Notes: generated from the letters alone by a model not told the origin. A stretch of DNA of 64,000 nucleotides from an uncultured Spirochaetota bacterium (GCA_963734495.1 CAVTHK010000009.1:192001-256000); one strand, 5' to 3'. Counted from the first letter of the stretch, positions 9,616 to 21,614 are shown. Translations and numbers: made by a program.

Positions 9616-11737
9616 CTACCCGAGCTCGATGATCAGCGCGTCCTGCGCGGGCACGATCGCCTGCAGGCTTGCGGCCATCGCCGCGACTTCGCCGTCGCCC
9701 CAGGCGAGGCGGCGCACCCGCAGCCGCGGCTCGCCGCGCACGCTCACGGAGACCGGCGCGTCGGCGCTCGTCGGGTTCAGCAGCCACAGGTACTTCCCCC
9801 CGTCGCCGTCCAAGAGGCGCGCGATGACCTCGGGCCGCGAGACCCGCAGCAGCGGCTCGTTGCCGCCCCAGGCGAGAACGTCGGCGAAGAACCGCCGGTT
9901 CTCGTCGCTCGGCGAGCGGAAGTACGACACCGAGGGGTAGGTTCCGAAGAGCAGGGTCCTGCCCCGGCCGGCGCGGCGCTCGATCACCGCCGCGCCGCCG
10001 CCCAGGCAGCCGTCGGCGTAGCGGCCGCGCACTGCCGTCGCCGCCCGCTGCCTCGTAGACCTGCGTGTACAGGCCGCCTCGCACGCGGCGGCCTTCCCAT
10101 TCGATGACGACGTCGTCCGAGAGGTCGGGCAGCAGCTCCACGTACTCTTCGCGCGCTCCGAAGAGCCGGCCGAAACCGAGCCCCGGCTGCGCGGTCCCGA
10201 CGCGGCAGCGCTCGTCGAAGTAGCCGGGGAGGCCCTGGCAGACGAGCGTCCCGCCCCGCTCGACCCAGGAGGCGATCGCCGCGGCATGCGCGTCGGTGAG
10301 CATCAGCGGGTAGGCGTAGTAGAGGAAGTCCCGGCTCTCGATGTCGTCTACGAGCACCCAGTCGGCCTGGATGCCGTTGTCGAAGAACCCGCGATAGGCG
10401 CCCGAGAGCGCCTCGTCGTAGACGTCGAGATGGACGCCCTGACCGAGCAGGAGCTTGAACGCGAGCGTCTCGTCGGTCACGAGGAGGCCGACGTCGCCCT
10501 TGACCGGGCGCGACTTGCTGAAGAGCCCCGCCTGCTCCGGCGCGTTGGCCCACTTCGCGAGCCTGCTCACCATGGCGGAGCGCCCGTTGCGCGAGCCGTC
10601 GTTGCCGTAGAAGCCGTAGGCGCCGAACAGCGGGCCGTCGAGCAGCGATCGCCAGCGCGGGCTCAGGATCCCGGTCGCCCCGCCGCACATCGAGGTGAGC
10701 GCCCAGATCCTCACGTCCGCGGGGCTGACGACGCGGCCGTCCTCTTTGGGCCTTCCCGCCAGCTTCGTGTGGCTGAAGGGGTTGATCCACACGGGCCCGC
10801 CCTGGAACTCGGAGTGCCAGAACGGCTTGCCGCGGCAGCCCGCACGCACCAGGTCCACGGCCTGCATCAGCTTCCAGGCCTCGGCCGTGTGCCGCTCCTG
10901 CACGTAGGTCAGGCCGTAGGACTCGACCTTGGCGGCCGCGCGCCACTCGTCGGAGCCGCCGAGGGCGTAGTTGTTGAGCGACGAGGCCTCGCCGTGCGCG
11001 CTGATCAGCGCGTCGGGGTCAATGCCCCGGATCAGGTCGACCCTCCATTGCATGTCCTCGTAGAAGGCATCCTTGCGGAAGGCGACCCAGTCCAGGCACT
11101 CGGGATAGGGCGCGAGCGTCCGCGGCGGCTCCACCTGCGCCCAGTCGGTGTAGCTGTAGCGGCGCCAGGCCTTCGCGACCCCGGCGAGGTCGCCGTACTT
11201 CGCGCGCAGCCAGCCGCGGAAGCGCTCCCGGGTCGAGGCGCAGTAACAGTCCCTGCGGTAGTGGCACTCGTTGTTCACGTCGTAGCCGAGCAGCCCTTTG
11301 TGCCCGCGGTACCGGCGGACCATCTCGGCGAGGAACCGGCCGCCGAGCTCGCGGACGGCCGCGCAGTCGAGGCAGAGGCCGGGGTAGCCGCCCGTCGCGC
11401 TGCTGGCGCCCATGGAGCTGGTCACCGGCGCGCCGTCGGCGCTCGCGTAGCGTCCTTCGGGATGCAGCGCGTACAGCCACTCCGGCGCGCTGATCATCAT
11501 CTCGGCGATGATCGCGCGGATGCCGTGCCGCGCGCCCAGGTCCAGCTGCCGGTCGTAGTCGTCCCAGTCGTAGACGCCCGGCGCGACCTCGATGGCCCCC
11601 CACATGAACCAGTGGCGGAAGATGTTGATCCCGTCCTCGCTCGCGGTCCTGTAGTCGCGCTCCCAGTCGTCGCGGGGCGGGTTGGATTTGCGAAAGTAGA
11701 CGGCTCCGAACGGGAACTGCGGGACGTCGCGCTTCAC
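9616..11737 (-). CDS. GH42 beta-galactosidase-like protein; frameshift near 10030
   Basis: FGAVYFRKSNPP..W..D, WGAIEVAPGVYDW, acid/base YDVNNEC, CYC, nucleophile WHSEFQGG. The C-terminus continues in the 9616..10287 frame. Confidence 0.87.
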
Positions 11738-11824
11738 CCTAGACCTCCTCGAGGACGCGGCCGATCATATCACGCGCCCGCGCCGACAGATGCCGGATTC
11801 CCGCAATGGACGGCCCGAAGCTCG

Positions 11825-11853
11825 TTGACACCGCCGCAGCCATACCTGATAAT
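11825..11853 (+). promoter_or_regulatory. Putative sigma70 promoter for the Opp-type ABC operon
   Basis: TTGACA-N17-GATAAT; AAGGAGG RBS before ATG 11881. Confidence 0.6.
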
Positions 11854-11880
11854 CCTGCACTGAATCCAAAGGAGGGAACC

Positions 11881-13852
11881 ATGAGGCTGCTGATAGTGCT
11901 GGCCCTGCTGGCGAGCCTGGTCTTTCCGCTCGCGGCAGAGGGGGGCAAGGAGGCGCCCGGGGCAAAGCCCGCCGCGACCGCTGCGGTCAAGGGAGCGAAA
12001 GAGGCGCCGGCCCTGGCGCAACTGGTCAAGGAAGGGAAGCTTCCGCCGCTGGAGCAGCGGCTGCCGAAGAATCCGCTGGTGCTCAAGCCGGTCGAGAAGG
12101 TCGGCGAGTACGGCGGCACGTTCCGCTACGGCCATGTCGGGGTCCACGTCATGGACCTCACCCGCGCGATCGGCTACGAGCCGCTCGTGCGCTGGAGCCC
12201 CGGGTGGAGCGACGTGATCCCGGGGGTCGCGGAATCCTGGACCGTCAGCCCCGACGCCACGGAGTACACCTTTGCCCTGCGCGAAGGGCTCAAGTGGTCG
12301 GACGGTCATCTCTACACCGCGGACGACATCGTGTTCGCCTACGAAGACATCATGCTGAACGAGAAGCTCACGCCGACCAAGCCGCGCTGGATCCGCGACG
12401 GGGGCAAGGTCGAAAAGCTCGACACGTACAAGGTGCGCTTCAAGCTCGGCAAGCCGGACGGCCTGTTCCTGCTGAACCTGGCCGGCGGCGACGGGCCCGA
12501 CAGCCCCTACACGATGAACCCGAAGCACTACCTCTCGAAGTTCATGCCCAAGTACAACGCCAAGGCCGACGACGAAGCCAGGGCCGCTGGGTACCCCGAC
12601 TGGGTGGCGTGGATCGACTCCAAGCGCATCGGGCCGGCCAACAACAGCTCCTACTGGTCGAACGCGGACATGCCGGTGCTCCACCCGTGGAGGTTCACCA
12701 CGCCTCCCGGCAAGGGAGTGACGCGCGCCGTGGCCGAGCGCAACCCCTACTACTGGAAGGTCGACACCGAGGGCAAGCAGCTTCCGTACATCGACAGGAT
12801 GACCGTCGACATCTTCAACGACGTCGAGTCGCTGGTGCTCAAGGTGAGCAACGGCGAGATCGACCTGATGGACCAGTTCTTCGCCGTGCCCGCAGAACAA
12901 GCCGGTCATCTTCGAGAACCAGCAGCGCGGCGGCTACCATTTCTACAAGACGATCCCGACGTTCCCGAACACGGCGGTCATCGACTTCAACTTTAACTCC
13001 AAGGACCCGGTCAAGCGGAAGGTGTTCAGCGACAAGAACTTCCGCATCGGCATGTCCTATGCCATCAACCGCAAGGAAGTCATCGACCTGATCTACCTCG
13101 GCCAGGGCGAGCCGCACCAGGCCGCGCCGCTGCCCGGCACCCCGCTGTACAACGAGAAGCTGGCCAAGCAGTACACCGAGTTCAACCCCGAGCTGGCCGC
13201 CAAGTACCTGGACCAGGCCGGTCTCGACAAGAAGGACGCCCAGGGCTTCCGCCTCGGCCCGGACGGCAAGCCGTTCGTGCTGGTGTTCCACGTGATGAAC
13301 TTCCACCCGGAGATCCCCGACGGCACCCAGCTCATCGCCAAGCACTGGAACAAGGCCGGCGTGAAGACCGAGGTGCGCGTCTCCGAGCGCAACCTGTGGG
13401 AGGAGCAGGTGCGCAGCAACGCCGACTTCGACGTCACGATGCACAAGTTCGGCGGCGGCTACGGGATGGCGATCATCCTCGACCCGCGCTACTTCTTTCC
13501 CTTCAACGGCAACTCGATGTACGCCCCCGCCTGGCAGCTGTGGTGGAACAACCCGAGCGGCACGGGCTCCAAGTACAAGCCCGAGGAGCCGCCGGAGATC
13601 ACGAAGAAGCAGATGGCGTTGTACGACCAGATCCGCACCACCGGGGACACCGCGAAGCAGCAGCAGCTGATGAAGCAGATCCTCGAGATCGCGCAGGACC
13701 AGTTCTACGTGATCGGGATCAGCACCGACGCCCTCGGCTACGGGGTGGTCAGGAACAACCTGAAGAACGTCCCCGAGTCCATGCCGTGGTCGTGGATCTA
13801 TCCGCATCCCGCGCCGGACAACCCGTGCCAGTTCTTCTTCGAGAAGAAGTAG
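11881..13852 (+). CDS. Family 5 (Opp/Dpp-type) ABC substrate-binding protein; frameshift near 12890
   Basis: Signal peptide, then EAPALAQLVKEGKLPPLEQRLP, YGGT, LREGLKWSDG...TADDI, ERNPYYWKVDTEGKQLPYID, FRIGMSYAINR. Confidence 0.9.
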
Positions 13853-13879
13853 GCCCGAGCTCGCACCGTTGTTCCGATC

Positions 13880-13914
13880 GAGACGGCCTCTGCCCCTGCG
13901 GGAGGGGCCGTCTC
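13880..13914 (+). terminator. Imperfect stem-loop between the SBP and the permease (mRNA stabiliser or partial terminator)
   Basis: gagacggcctct...aggggccgtctc inverted repeat. Confidence 0.45.
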
Positions 13915-13942
13915 ACTTTGTAGAGGAGAGCGGGAGACAAGA

Positions 13943-15078
13943 GTGAGCGCGACAGCCCTGCCGCCCGCGGCGGAGAGCGAGGACCTCCGCGTCGAAGTCG
14001 CCAGCCAGTGGCAGCTGGTGTGGTGGAAGTTCCGCAGGCACAAGCTGGCCCTGGTGAGCCTCTTCGTGATCCTGGCCGTCTATCTCGTCGCGGTCTTCAC
14101 CGAGTTCATCGCCCCCTACGGCGCCGAGCACAACGACGCGAAGTACCCCCTGGTCGGGCCGCAGCGCGTGCAGTGGATCGACCGCAGCGGAGGCGGCTGG
14201 AGGCTGGCGCCCTACGTGTACGGGCTCAAGGTCGACATCGACCGCGAGTCGCTGCGGCGGCGGTTCGCCGACGACCGCGACGTCAGGATCCCGCTGGCTC
14301 TTCTTCGGCGTGGGGGAGCCGTACCGGCTGTGGGGGCTCATCCCGATGTCCCGCCATCTGCTCACGCCCGCCCAGGCGGGCGAGCCGATGTTCCTGCTCG
14401 GGAACCGACAGGCTCGGCCGCGACGTGTTCAGCCGCGTCATCCACGGGACGCGGATCTCGATGTCGGTCGGCCTGATCGGAGTCAGCATCAGCCTCCTGC
14501 TCGGCATCGTGCTCGGCGGCGTGTCCGGCTACTACGGCGGCGTGGCCGACAACGTGATCCAGCGCGTGATCGAGTTCATCCGCTCGATCCCGACGATCCC
14601 CCTGTGGATGGGGCTGGCGGCCGCCATCCCGATCGAGTGGCCGCCCCTGCGCGTCTACTTCATGATCACGCTGATCCTGTCGCTCATCGGCTGGACCGGG
14701 CTGGCCCGCGTCGTGCGCGGCCGCTTTCTCGCCCTGCGCACGGACGACTTCGTGCTGGCCGCCCGCCTGGACGGCTGCAGGGAGATGCGCATCATCCTGA
14801 GGCACATGGTGCCCTCGTTCATGAGCCACATCATCGCCTCGATCACGCTGGCGATCCCGAACATGATCCTGAGCGAGACCGCGCTCTCCTTTATCGGCAT
14901 CGGCCTGCGGCCGCCGGTGGTGAGCTGGGGCGTGCTGCTCAAGGAGGCGCAGAACATCCGCAGCGTGGCGACCGCCCCGTGGCTGCTGTTCGTCCCCGCG
15001 GTCCCGGTCCTGATCGCCGTGCTGTCGCTGAACTTTCTCGGAGACGGGCTGCGGGACGCCGCGGACCCCTACAACTAG
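13943..15078 (+). CDS. Opp/Dpp-type ABC permease (OppC-like); frameshifts near 14300 and 14405
   Basis: WWKFRRHKLA, GTDRLGRDVFSRVIHG, ETALSFIGIG, SWG, GDGLRDAADP. Confidence 0.88.
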
Positions 15079-15088
15079 GAGCGCCCGA

Positions 15089-16131
15089 GTGAGCACTGCC
15101 GCGAACGACATCCTGCTGCAGATCCGGGGCCTCAAGACCTGGTTCTACACCGACGAGGGCGTGGTCAAGGCCGTCGACGGGGTCGACCTGGCGCTGCGGC
15201 AGGGCGAGACGCTGTGCCTGGTGGGCGAGAGCGGCTGCGGCAAGTCGATCACCGCCCGCTCCATCCTTCAGCTCATCGACTGGCCCGGCAGGATCGTCGA
15301 GGGCGAGATCAGCTTCCGCCGCAAGGACGGGCGCGTCGTCGACGTCGCCGGGATGAAGCCCACCGGCCGCGAGGTCCGCGACATCCGGGGCAACGAGATC
15401 TCGATGATCTTCCAGGAGCCGATGAGCTCGCTCTCCCCCGTGCACACCATCGGAGACCAGCTCTCCGAGACCCTGCAGATCCATCTCAAGCTCGACAAGG
15501 ACGGAGGCGAGAAAGCGCGTCATCGAGATGCTCGAGCGGGTCGGCATCCCCAAGGCCTCGGAGAGGCTCGGCAGCTACCCGTTCGAGCTGTCCGGCGGGA
15601 TGCGCCAGAGGGCGATGATCGCGATGGCGCTGCTGTGCCGCTCGAGCCTGCTGATCGCCGACGAGCCGACGACGGCCCTCGACGTGACCACGCAGGCCAA
15701 CATCCTCGACCTGATCAAGGAGCTGCAGCGCGAGCTCGGCATGTCGGTCATGTTCATCACGCACGACCTGGGAGTGGTCGCCGAGATCGCCGACCGGGTG
15801 GCGGTCATGTACCTCGGGCCAGGTCGTGGAGTACGGCCCCGCCGACTCGATCTACCACGACCCGAAGCACCCCTACCTGCGCGCGCTGCTGCGCTCGATC
15901 CCGAGGCTCGAGTGGGGGGGCGAGCGGCTGGACTCCATCGAGGGCATGGTGCCTCACCCGTTCCGCAGGCCCGAGGGCTGCGCCTTCCACACCCGCTGCC
16001 GGGAGCGGATCGCCGGCACCTGCGACACGGTCGAGCCGCCGAGCTTTGCCCTCGACGGCGGCAAGCCCTTCGAGAAGGGCAGGCAGGTCAAGTGCCACCT
16101 CTACGCAGGCGCCGCGGAGGTGATCCGATGA
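15089..16131 (+). CDS. Opp/Dpp-type ABC ATPase (OppD-like); frameshifted
   Basis: Walker [40 protein letters not shown]. Confidence 0.9.
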
Positions 16132-17163
16132 GCGCCGCCGATCCCCGCCCGCGACGTCCTGCTCGACGTACGGGGCCTCAAGATGCACTTCCCCATCCAC
16201 CGCGGGTTCCTCTCCCGCGTCGTCGGCCACGTGCGCGCCGTCGACGGCGTCGAGCTTCTCCGTGCGCCGCGGCGAGACTCTCAGCCTCGTCGGCGAGAGC
16301 GGCTGCGGCAAGACGACGCTCGGCCGCTGCATCGTGCGCATCTACGACCCGCTCGCCGGCGAGATCCTCTACCGCGGCTGCGTCGGACATGGTCGTCGAT
16401 CTCGCAAAGCTGGACAAGAAGGCGCTCGCCCCGTACCGGCTCGAGCTGCGGATGATCTTCCAGGACCCGCACTCGAGCCTGAACCCGCGCATGACGGTGC
16501 GGGACATCGTCGGCGAGTCCCTGCTGGTCAACCGGATCGCCCGCGGCAGCGAGCTCGACGACCGCATCGTGGAGCTGCTCAAGCGCGTGGGGCTGCGCCC
16601 GGAGTACCTGCAGGCGCTACCCGCACGCCTTTTCCGGGGGCGAGCGGCAGCGGATCGGCATCGCCCGGGCCCTCGCCGTCAACCCGCGGCTGATCGTGGC
16701 CGACGAGGCGGTCTCGGCGCTGGACGTCTCGGTGCAGGCGCAGATCCTGAACCTGCTCAAGGACCTCCAGGCGGAGCTCGGCCTGACCTACCTCTTCGTT
16801 GCGCACAACCTCTCCGTCGTGCAGTACGTGAGCGACCACGTGGCGGTCATGTACGTGGGCAAGCTCGTGGAGCTCGCGGAGCGGCACGAGCTGTACCAGC
16901 ACCCGCAGCACCCGTACACCGAGGCGCTGATGTCCGCGGTGCCCAGGCCGGACCCGCGCGGCCGCACGAGCGGGGCGCGCATCCGGCTGGAGGGCGAGGT
17001 GGCGGACCCCGCCTCGCCGCCCTCCGGATGCTACTTCCACCCGCGCTGCCGCTACGCGAAAGCCGAGTGCGCGGAGCGCGAGCCCGCGCTCCGCGACATC
17101 GGCGGCGGGCACATGGCGGCCTGCCACCGGGCCGAAGAGCTGAGCCTCAAGGGCATCGGGTAA
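16128..17163 (+). CDS. Opp/Dpp-type ABC ATPase (OppF-like); frameshifted
   Basis: [56 protein letters not shown]. Confidence 0.9.
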
Positions 17164-17176
17164 GGAGGAGGCGGCG

Positions 17177-18171
17177 ATGCACAAGTACATCCTCAAGCGC
17201 CTGCTGTTCATGATCCCGACCCTGTTCGCCGTGTCGCTGGTCTCGTTCATCCTGATCCAGCTGCCTCCCGGGGACTTTCTCAGCATGCGCATCAATGCCC
17301 TCCTCGAGCAGGGCCAGACGATCGAGGTCACGATGCTGCACGACCTGCAGGAGCGCTACGGCCTCGGGCAGCCGATCTACGTGCAGTACTGGAAGTGGAT
17401 CACGGGGATCCTGCTGCGCGGCGACTTCGGCCAGTCGTTCGACTGGAACGAGCTGGTCGGGCAAGCTCATCTGGGACCGCATCGGCCTCACGATGCTGAT
17501 CTCGCTCGCGTCGCTGCTGTTCATCTGGGCGGTCGCCTTCCCCATAGGGATCTACTCCGCGGTCAAGCAGTACTCGCCGGGGGACTACATCGCGACCTTC
17601 CTCGGCTTCATCGGCATCGCGATCCCGGACTTTCTCATTGCGCTCGTGCTCATGTACGTGGCGTTCAAGTACTTCGGCTTCAGCGTGTCCGGCTTGTTCT
17701 CTGCGGACTACGTGGACGCGCCGTGGAGCTGGGGCAAGGTCGGGGACCTGCTCGCGCACATCTGGATCCCGATGATCATCATCGGGCTCGCGGGCACGGC
17801 GAGCCTGATCCGCACGATGCGCGCGAACCTGCTCGACGAGCTGAAGAAGCCCTACGTGGTCACCGCGCGGGCCAAGGGGCTTTCGGAGGTCCGGCTGATC
17901 CTCAAGTACCCGGTGCGCGTGGCGCTCAACCCCTTTATCAGCACGGTCGGCTGGATCCTGCCGACGCTGGTCTCCGGGCGCGACGATCGTCTCGATCGTG
18001 CTGAACCTGCCGACGACCGGCCCTCTGATGCTGCACGCGCTGATGACGCAGGACATGTACCTCGCGGGGGCGTTCATCCTGCTGCTGAGCACCCTCACGA
18101 TCATCGGCACGCTGCTTTCGGACATCCTCCTCGCGCTGATCGACCCGAGGATCAGGTACGCGAAACAATAG
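17177..18171 (+). CDS. Opp/Dpp-type ABC permease (OppB-like); frameshifts near 17460 and 17978
   Basis: [42 protein letters not shown]. Confidence 0.88.
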
Positions 18172-18192
18172 ACAGGACAGGAGAGGCGTGGC

Positions 18193-20277
18193 ATGGCAGA
18201 ACAGGAGGGCAAGGTGTACTTCGGCGCGGTCTACTTCCGCAAGAGCAACCCCCCGAAAGAGGACTGGGATCGCGATTTCAGGCAGGCCAAGTCGGACGGC
18301 CACAACCTGTTCCGCCACTGGGTGCCCTGGGGCTCGGTCGAGGTGGCGCCCGGGAAATACGACTGGGACGACTACGACCGCATCCTCGACCTGAGCGCGA
18401 AGTACGGCATCAAGGCGGTGCTCGCGGAGATCGGGCTGAACGTGCCCGAGTGGTTCGCGGCGAAATACCCCGACCTCGCGCGGGAGTACGTCGACGGCCG
18501 CAAGCGGGCGAGCGACATGCACGGGAGCTGCGTCACCGGCGGCAGCAGCTGGGTCTGCCTGGATCAGCAGGTGACCCGCGACGCGGTCGGCCGATTCCTC
18601 ACGGAAATGGCCAACCGGTACAAGAACCACCCCGGCCTCTACGGCTACGACATCTGGAACGAGGCCTCTTACCACAACCCGGACGTGCTGTGCTGGTGCC
18701 CCGCCACCGAAGAGGCGTTCCGCGAGTGGCTGAAGAAGAAGTACGGCAGCGTCGAGAAGCTCGCCCTCGCCTGGAAGCGCTACTCGTTCACCGACTGGAG
18801 CGAGGCGCGCATGGCGCGCAGGCTCGAGCTCTACCCCGACACGCTCGACCGCATCACCTTCCACACGGACAACGCGATCGACCACATGAAGTGGCGCTAC
18901 GACACGATCCGCGCGGCCGACCCGAAGAACCCCATCACGTCCCACGGCAACGGCAAGAGCTTCTCCGACATGATGAAATGCGCGGGCGACGACTACCGCG
19001 CGGCCGAGGTCGTCGACAGCTTCGGCTACACCTACTGGTGGGCCAACCGCGCCCCCGTGCTCCTGGTGACCGACATGATCCGCTGCGCCTCCGACGGCAA
19101 GCCGTTCTGGCGCGCGGAGGCGGTGGCCGACCACGAATGGGACAACCGCGACGTCGGCGGCCGCTACCTGGCGGAAAAGGACGAGATGCACGACCCCGCG
19201 AACATCCGCCTGGACTGCGTCCTGTCGTGGGTGGCGGGCGCCACCGCCTACCAGAACCCGCGCTGGCGCGCGCTGCTCGACGGCCCGCTCTTCGGCGCGT
19301 ACGGGTTCTACGGCCTCGACGGCCTGCCGACCGATCGCTCCGAGGAGGCCGCGAGGCTCGCGAAGTGGTCGACCGCCCCGGCGCGGAAGGACCTCTTCAA
19401 CGCACGGCCCGTGCGCGGCGAGGTCGCCATCCTGATGATCGAGGAGGCGCAGGCCTTCAACTGGGCGTTCTACAAGCAGACGGACTTCTATTCGTGGTCG
19501 GTGCAGGGCGCCTGGCAGGCCTTTACCGACTCGAACGTGCAGGCCGACATCATCAAGCTCAAGCAGCTTTCGCACTACAAGCTGGTCTACCTGCCGTACC
19601 CCGTCGCGCTGTCCGACGCGACGGTCGAGACGATCCGGAAGTGGGTGGCCGCGGGCGGCACGCTCGTGAGCGAGGGCTGCTTCGGCTACCTGAACGAGAG
19701 CGCCCACGCCCTGCCCACGCAGCTCTCCCGAGGTGCGGACGAGCTCTTCGGCTGCGTCGAGGAGACGGTCTCGCTCGCCCCCGACCGCTGGACCGGGCTG
19801 CAGGTGAGGAGCCAGGAGGGGCTGCTCGAAGGCGCCCTCTACCGGCAGTCCTACAAAGGCAAGGGCGGCCGCGCGACGGGCTGGTACGAGGACGGCGCCG
19901 TCGCGTCGGTGGACAATGCGTTCGGCAAGGGGCGCACGCGGCTCATCGGCACGATGCCCGGCTACGCGTACAAGGCGGCCCCGAGCGACGGCGCGCGCGC
20001 CTGGTTCGCGGCCGCGCTCGGCTACGCCGGCCTCGAGCCGCACGCGCGCGTCGACAAGCCGAACGTCGTCGCCCGCGTGTGGAGGGACCGCGAGCGGCGC
20101 TTCCTCTGGATCGTCAACCTGTCCGAGCTCGACCAGAACGTCACGGTCTTCGTGAGCCGCGATGCCGCGCCCTTTGCGCACGCAAAGGTCCTGCGGGGCG
20201 GCGCCGCGTCCACGCATGCGAACCGGGTCACCGCCTTCGTGGGAGGGCGCGACGCGACGGTGTGCGAGCTGATGTGA
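18193..20277 (+). CDS. GH42 beta-galactosidase-like protein
   Basis: Intact 694 aa; FGAVYFRKSNPP, YDIWNEA, FWRAE; paralog of 9616..11737. Confidence 0.88.
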   Translation: MAEQEGKVYFGAVYFRKSNPPKEDWDRDFRQAKSDGHNLFRHWVPWGSVEVAPGKYDWDDYDRILDLSAKYGIKAVLAEIGLNVPEWFAAKYPDLAREYVDGRKRASDMHGSCVTGGSSWVCLDQQVTRDAVGRFLTEMANRYKNHPGLYGYDIWNEASYHNPDVLCWCPATEEAFREWLKKKYGSVEKLALAWKRYSFTDWSEARMARRLELYPDTLDRITFHTDNAIDHMKWRYDTIRAADPKNPITSHGNGKSFSDMMKCAGDDYRAAEVVDSFGYTYWWANRAPVLLVTDMIRCASDGKPFWRAEAVADHEWDNRDVGGRYLAEKDEMHDPANIRLDCVLSWVAGATAYQNPRWRALLDGPLFGAYGFYGLDGLPTDRSEEAARLAKWSTAPARKDLFNARPVRGEVAILMIEEAQAFNWAFYKQTDFYSWSVQGAWQAFTDSNVQADIIKLKQLSHYKLVYLPYPVALSDATVETIRKWVAAGGTLVSEGCFGYLNESAHALPTQLSRGADELFGCVEETVSLAPDRWTGLQVRSQEGLLEGALYRQSYKGKGGRATGWYEDGAVASVDNAFGKGRTRLIGTMPGYAYKAAPSDGARAWFAAALGYAGLEPHARVDKPNVVARVWRDRERRFLWIVNLSELDQNVTVFVSRDAAPFAHAKVLRGGAASTHANRVTAFVGGRDATVCELM

Positions 20278-21264
20278 TCTACGTCGGCATCGACGAGGCC
20301 GGATACGGGCCGCTCCTCGGCCCGCTGGTGATCGCGCGCTCCGTCTTTCATGTCGAGGGCGGCAACCCGGCGGATCCCCCGTGCCTGTGGGAGCGCCTGG
20401 CGCCGTGCGTCGGCCGCGCCGCGGACCGCGGGGCGCTCGCCCGGGTGGACGACTCCAAGCGCCTGCACGCCGGCGCCGGCGGCCTCAGGCCTCTCGAGCA
20501 CGGCGTGCTCTGCGCTGCTCGCCTCCGTTCCGGCGAGCCTCGCCGCGCTCCTCGAGGAGACCGCGGCCGACGACGCTTCGGCCGCGACCACGCTGCCCTG
20601 GTACGCCGATGCGAGCGGCGGGCCCGCCCTGCCTGCCGCCGCGGACGCGGAGGAGCTGGCCGCCGCCCGCGCCGCGACCGCCGCGGCCATGGCCGCGGCG
20701 GGCGTGACGCTCGCCGAAGCGCGGGCCGCCGTCGTCTTCGAGGACCGCTTCAACCGCACCGTGGTCGAGACGGGCAACAAGGCCGCCTGCGCCTGGCGCT
20801 TCGTGGCCGGCCACCTGCGCGATGTTTGGCGGCGATACGGCGGCCGCGGCGGCCGCGGCGGCGGCGATGGCGCCGAGGCCCTGTTCGTCGCCCTCGACCG
20901 GCAGGGCGGCCGCCAGTTCTACGCGGAGCAGCTCGAGCGGCTCTTTCCCGAGGCCCGCTGCGCGGTCGGGGTCGAAAGCCCGGAGCTCTGCAGCTACGAG
21001 CTTGCCGGCGGGGGCAGGAAGCTGCGCCTCGAGGTCCGGCCGCGCGCCGAGGCGGCCCACCTGCCGGTCGCTTACGCCTCGATGGTGGCGAAATACCTGC
21101 GAGAGCTGCTCATGGCGCGCTTTCAGCGCTTCTGGAGCGAGCAGGCCCCTGACGTCCGGCCGACAGCGGGCTACCATAGCGATGGAGAGCGTTTTCTGCG
21201 GGAGCTCGCCCCGCGCCTGCGGCGGCTGGAAATTCCGGCCGGCACGCTCGTGAGGATGTGCTAG
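20274..21264 (+). CDS. RNase HII-like protein (DEAGYGP variant); frameshift near 20515
   Basis: VIYVGIDEAGYGPLLGPLV, DDSKRL, LDRQGGR, LPVAYASMVAKYLRE, PTAGY. Confidence 0.7.
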
Positions 21265-21416
21265 CAGCCTGTCGGACTTGCGGCTGACCGCCGTTCCCGC
21301 CGCTTCCGCGGGTCAGGGCGCGGCGGACCGCGCCCGATCTAGCAGCCTGTCGGACTTGCCGCGTGCCGGCGCCCGCGCCGCTTCGGGCAGGCTGGCCGCG
21401 GAGGACCGCGGCCGGT
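21261..21416. repeat. Two ~78-bp tandem units, each starting with an identical 21-mer CTAGCAGCCTGTCGGACTTGC
   Basis: Exact 21-mer at 21261-21281 and 21339-21359; interiors partly similar (gccgcttc, cgcggNggaccgcg). Confidence 0.8.
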
Positions 21417-21574
21417 CTATAGCGGCCCCCCGGGGCCGATCGGCCGCCGTCGGCCGTCGAACGGACGGTCTTGAAAAGGATACACTCCCGACGGTAGAAA
21501 GTCGCAACCGCGGGCGCCTTCACCTAATTACTTTCCACTAAACAGATTATAAGCCGTATGGTCCCGCAGGGCCT

Positions 21575-21591
21575 TTGGCACAACGCTTGCA
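21575..21591 (+). promoter_or_regulatory. sigma54 (RpoN) -24/-12 promoter
   Basis: TTGGCACAACGCTTGCA matches TGGCAC-N5-TTGCW; it lies 23 nt upstream of the sigma-factor ATG and downstream of an AT-rich tract. Confidence 0.8.
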
Positions 21592-21614
21592 CTCTCTGGG
21601 GGCAGGAGTTGAGC

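Noticed and set aside
6432..18171. Programmed frameshifting in the ABC genes
   Set aside because: The shifts are numerous and irregular, with no consistent slippery motif
21261..21416. Possible mini-CRISPR array
   Set aside because: Only two repeats, the intervening sequences resemble each other, and no cas genes are in the window
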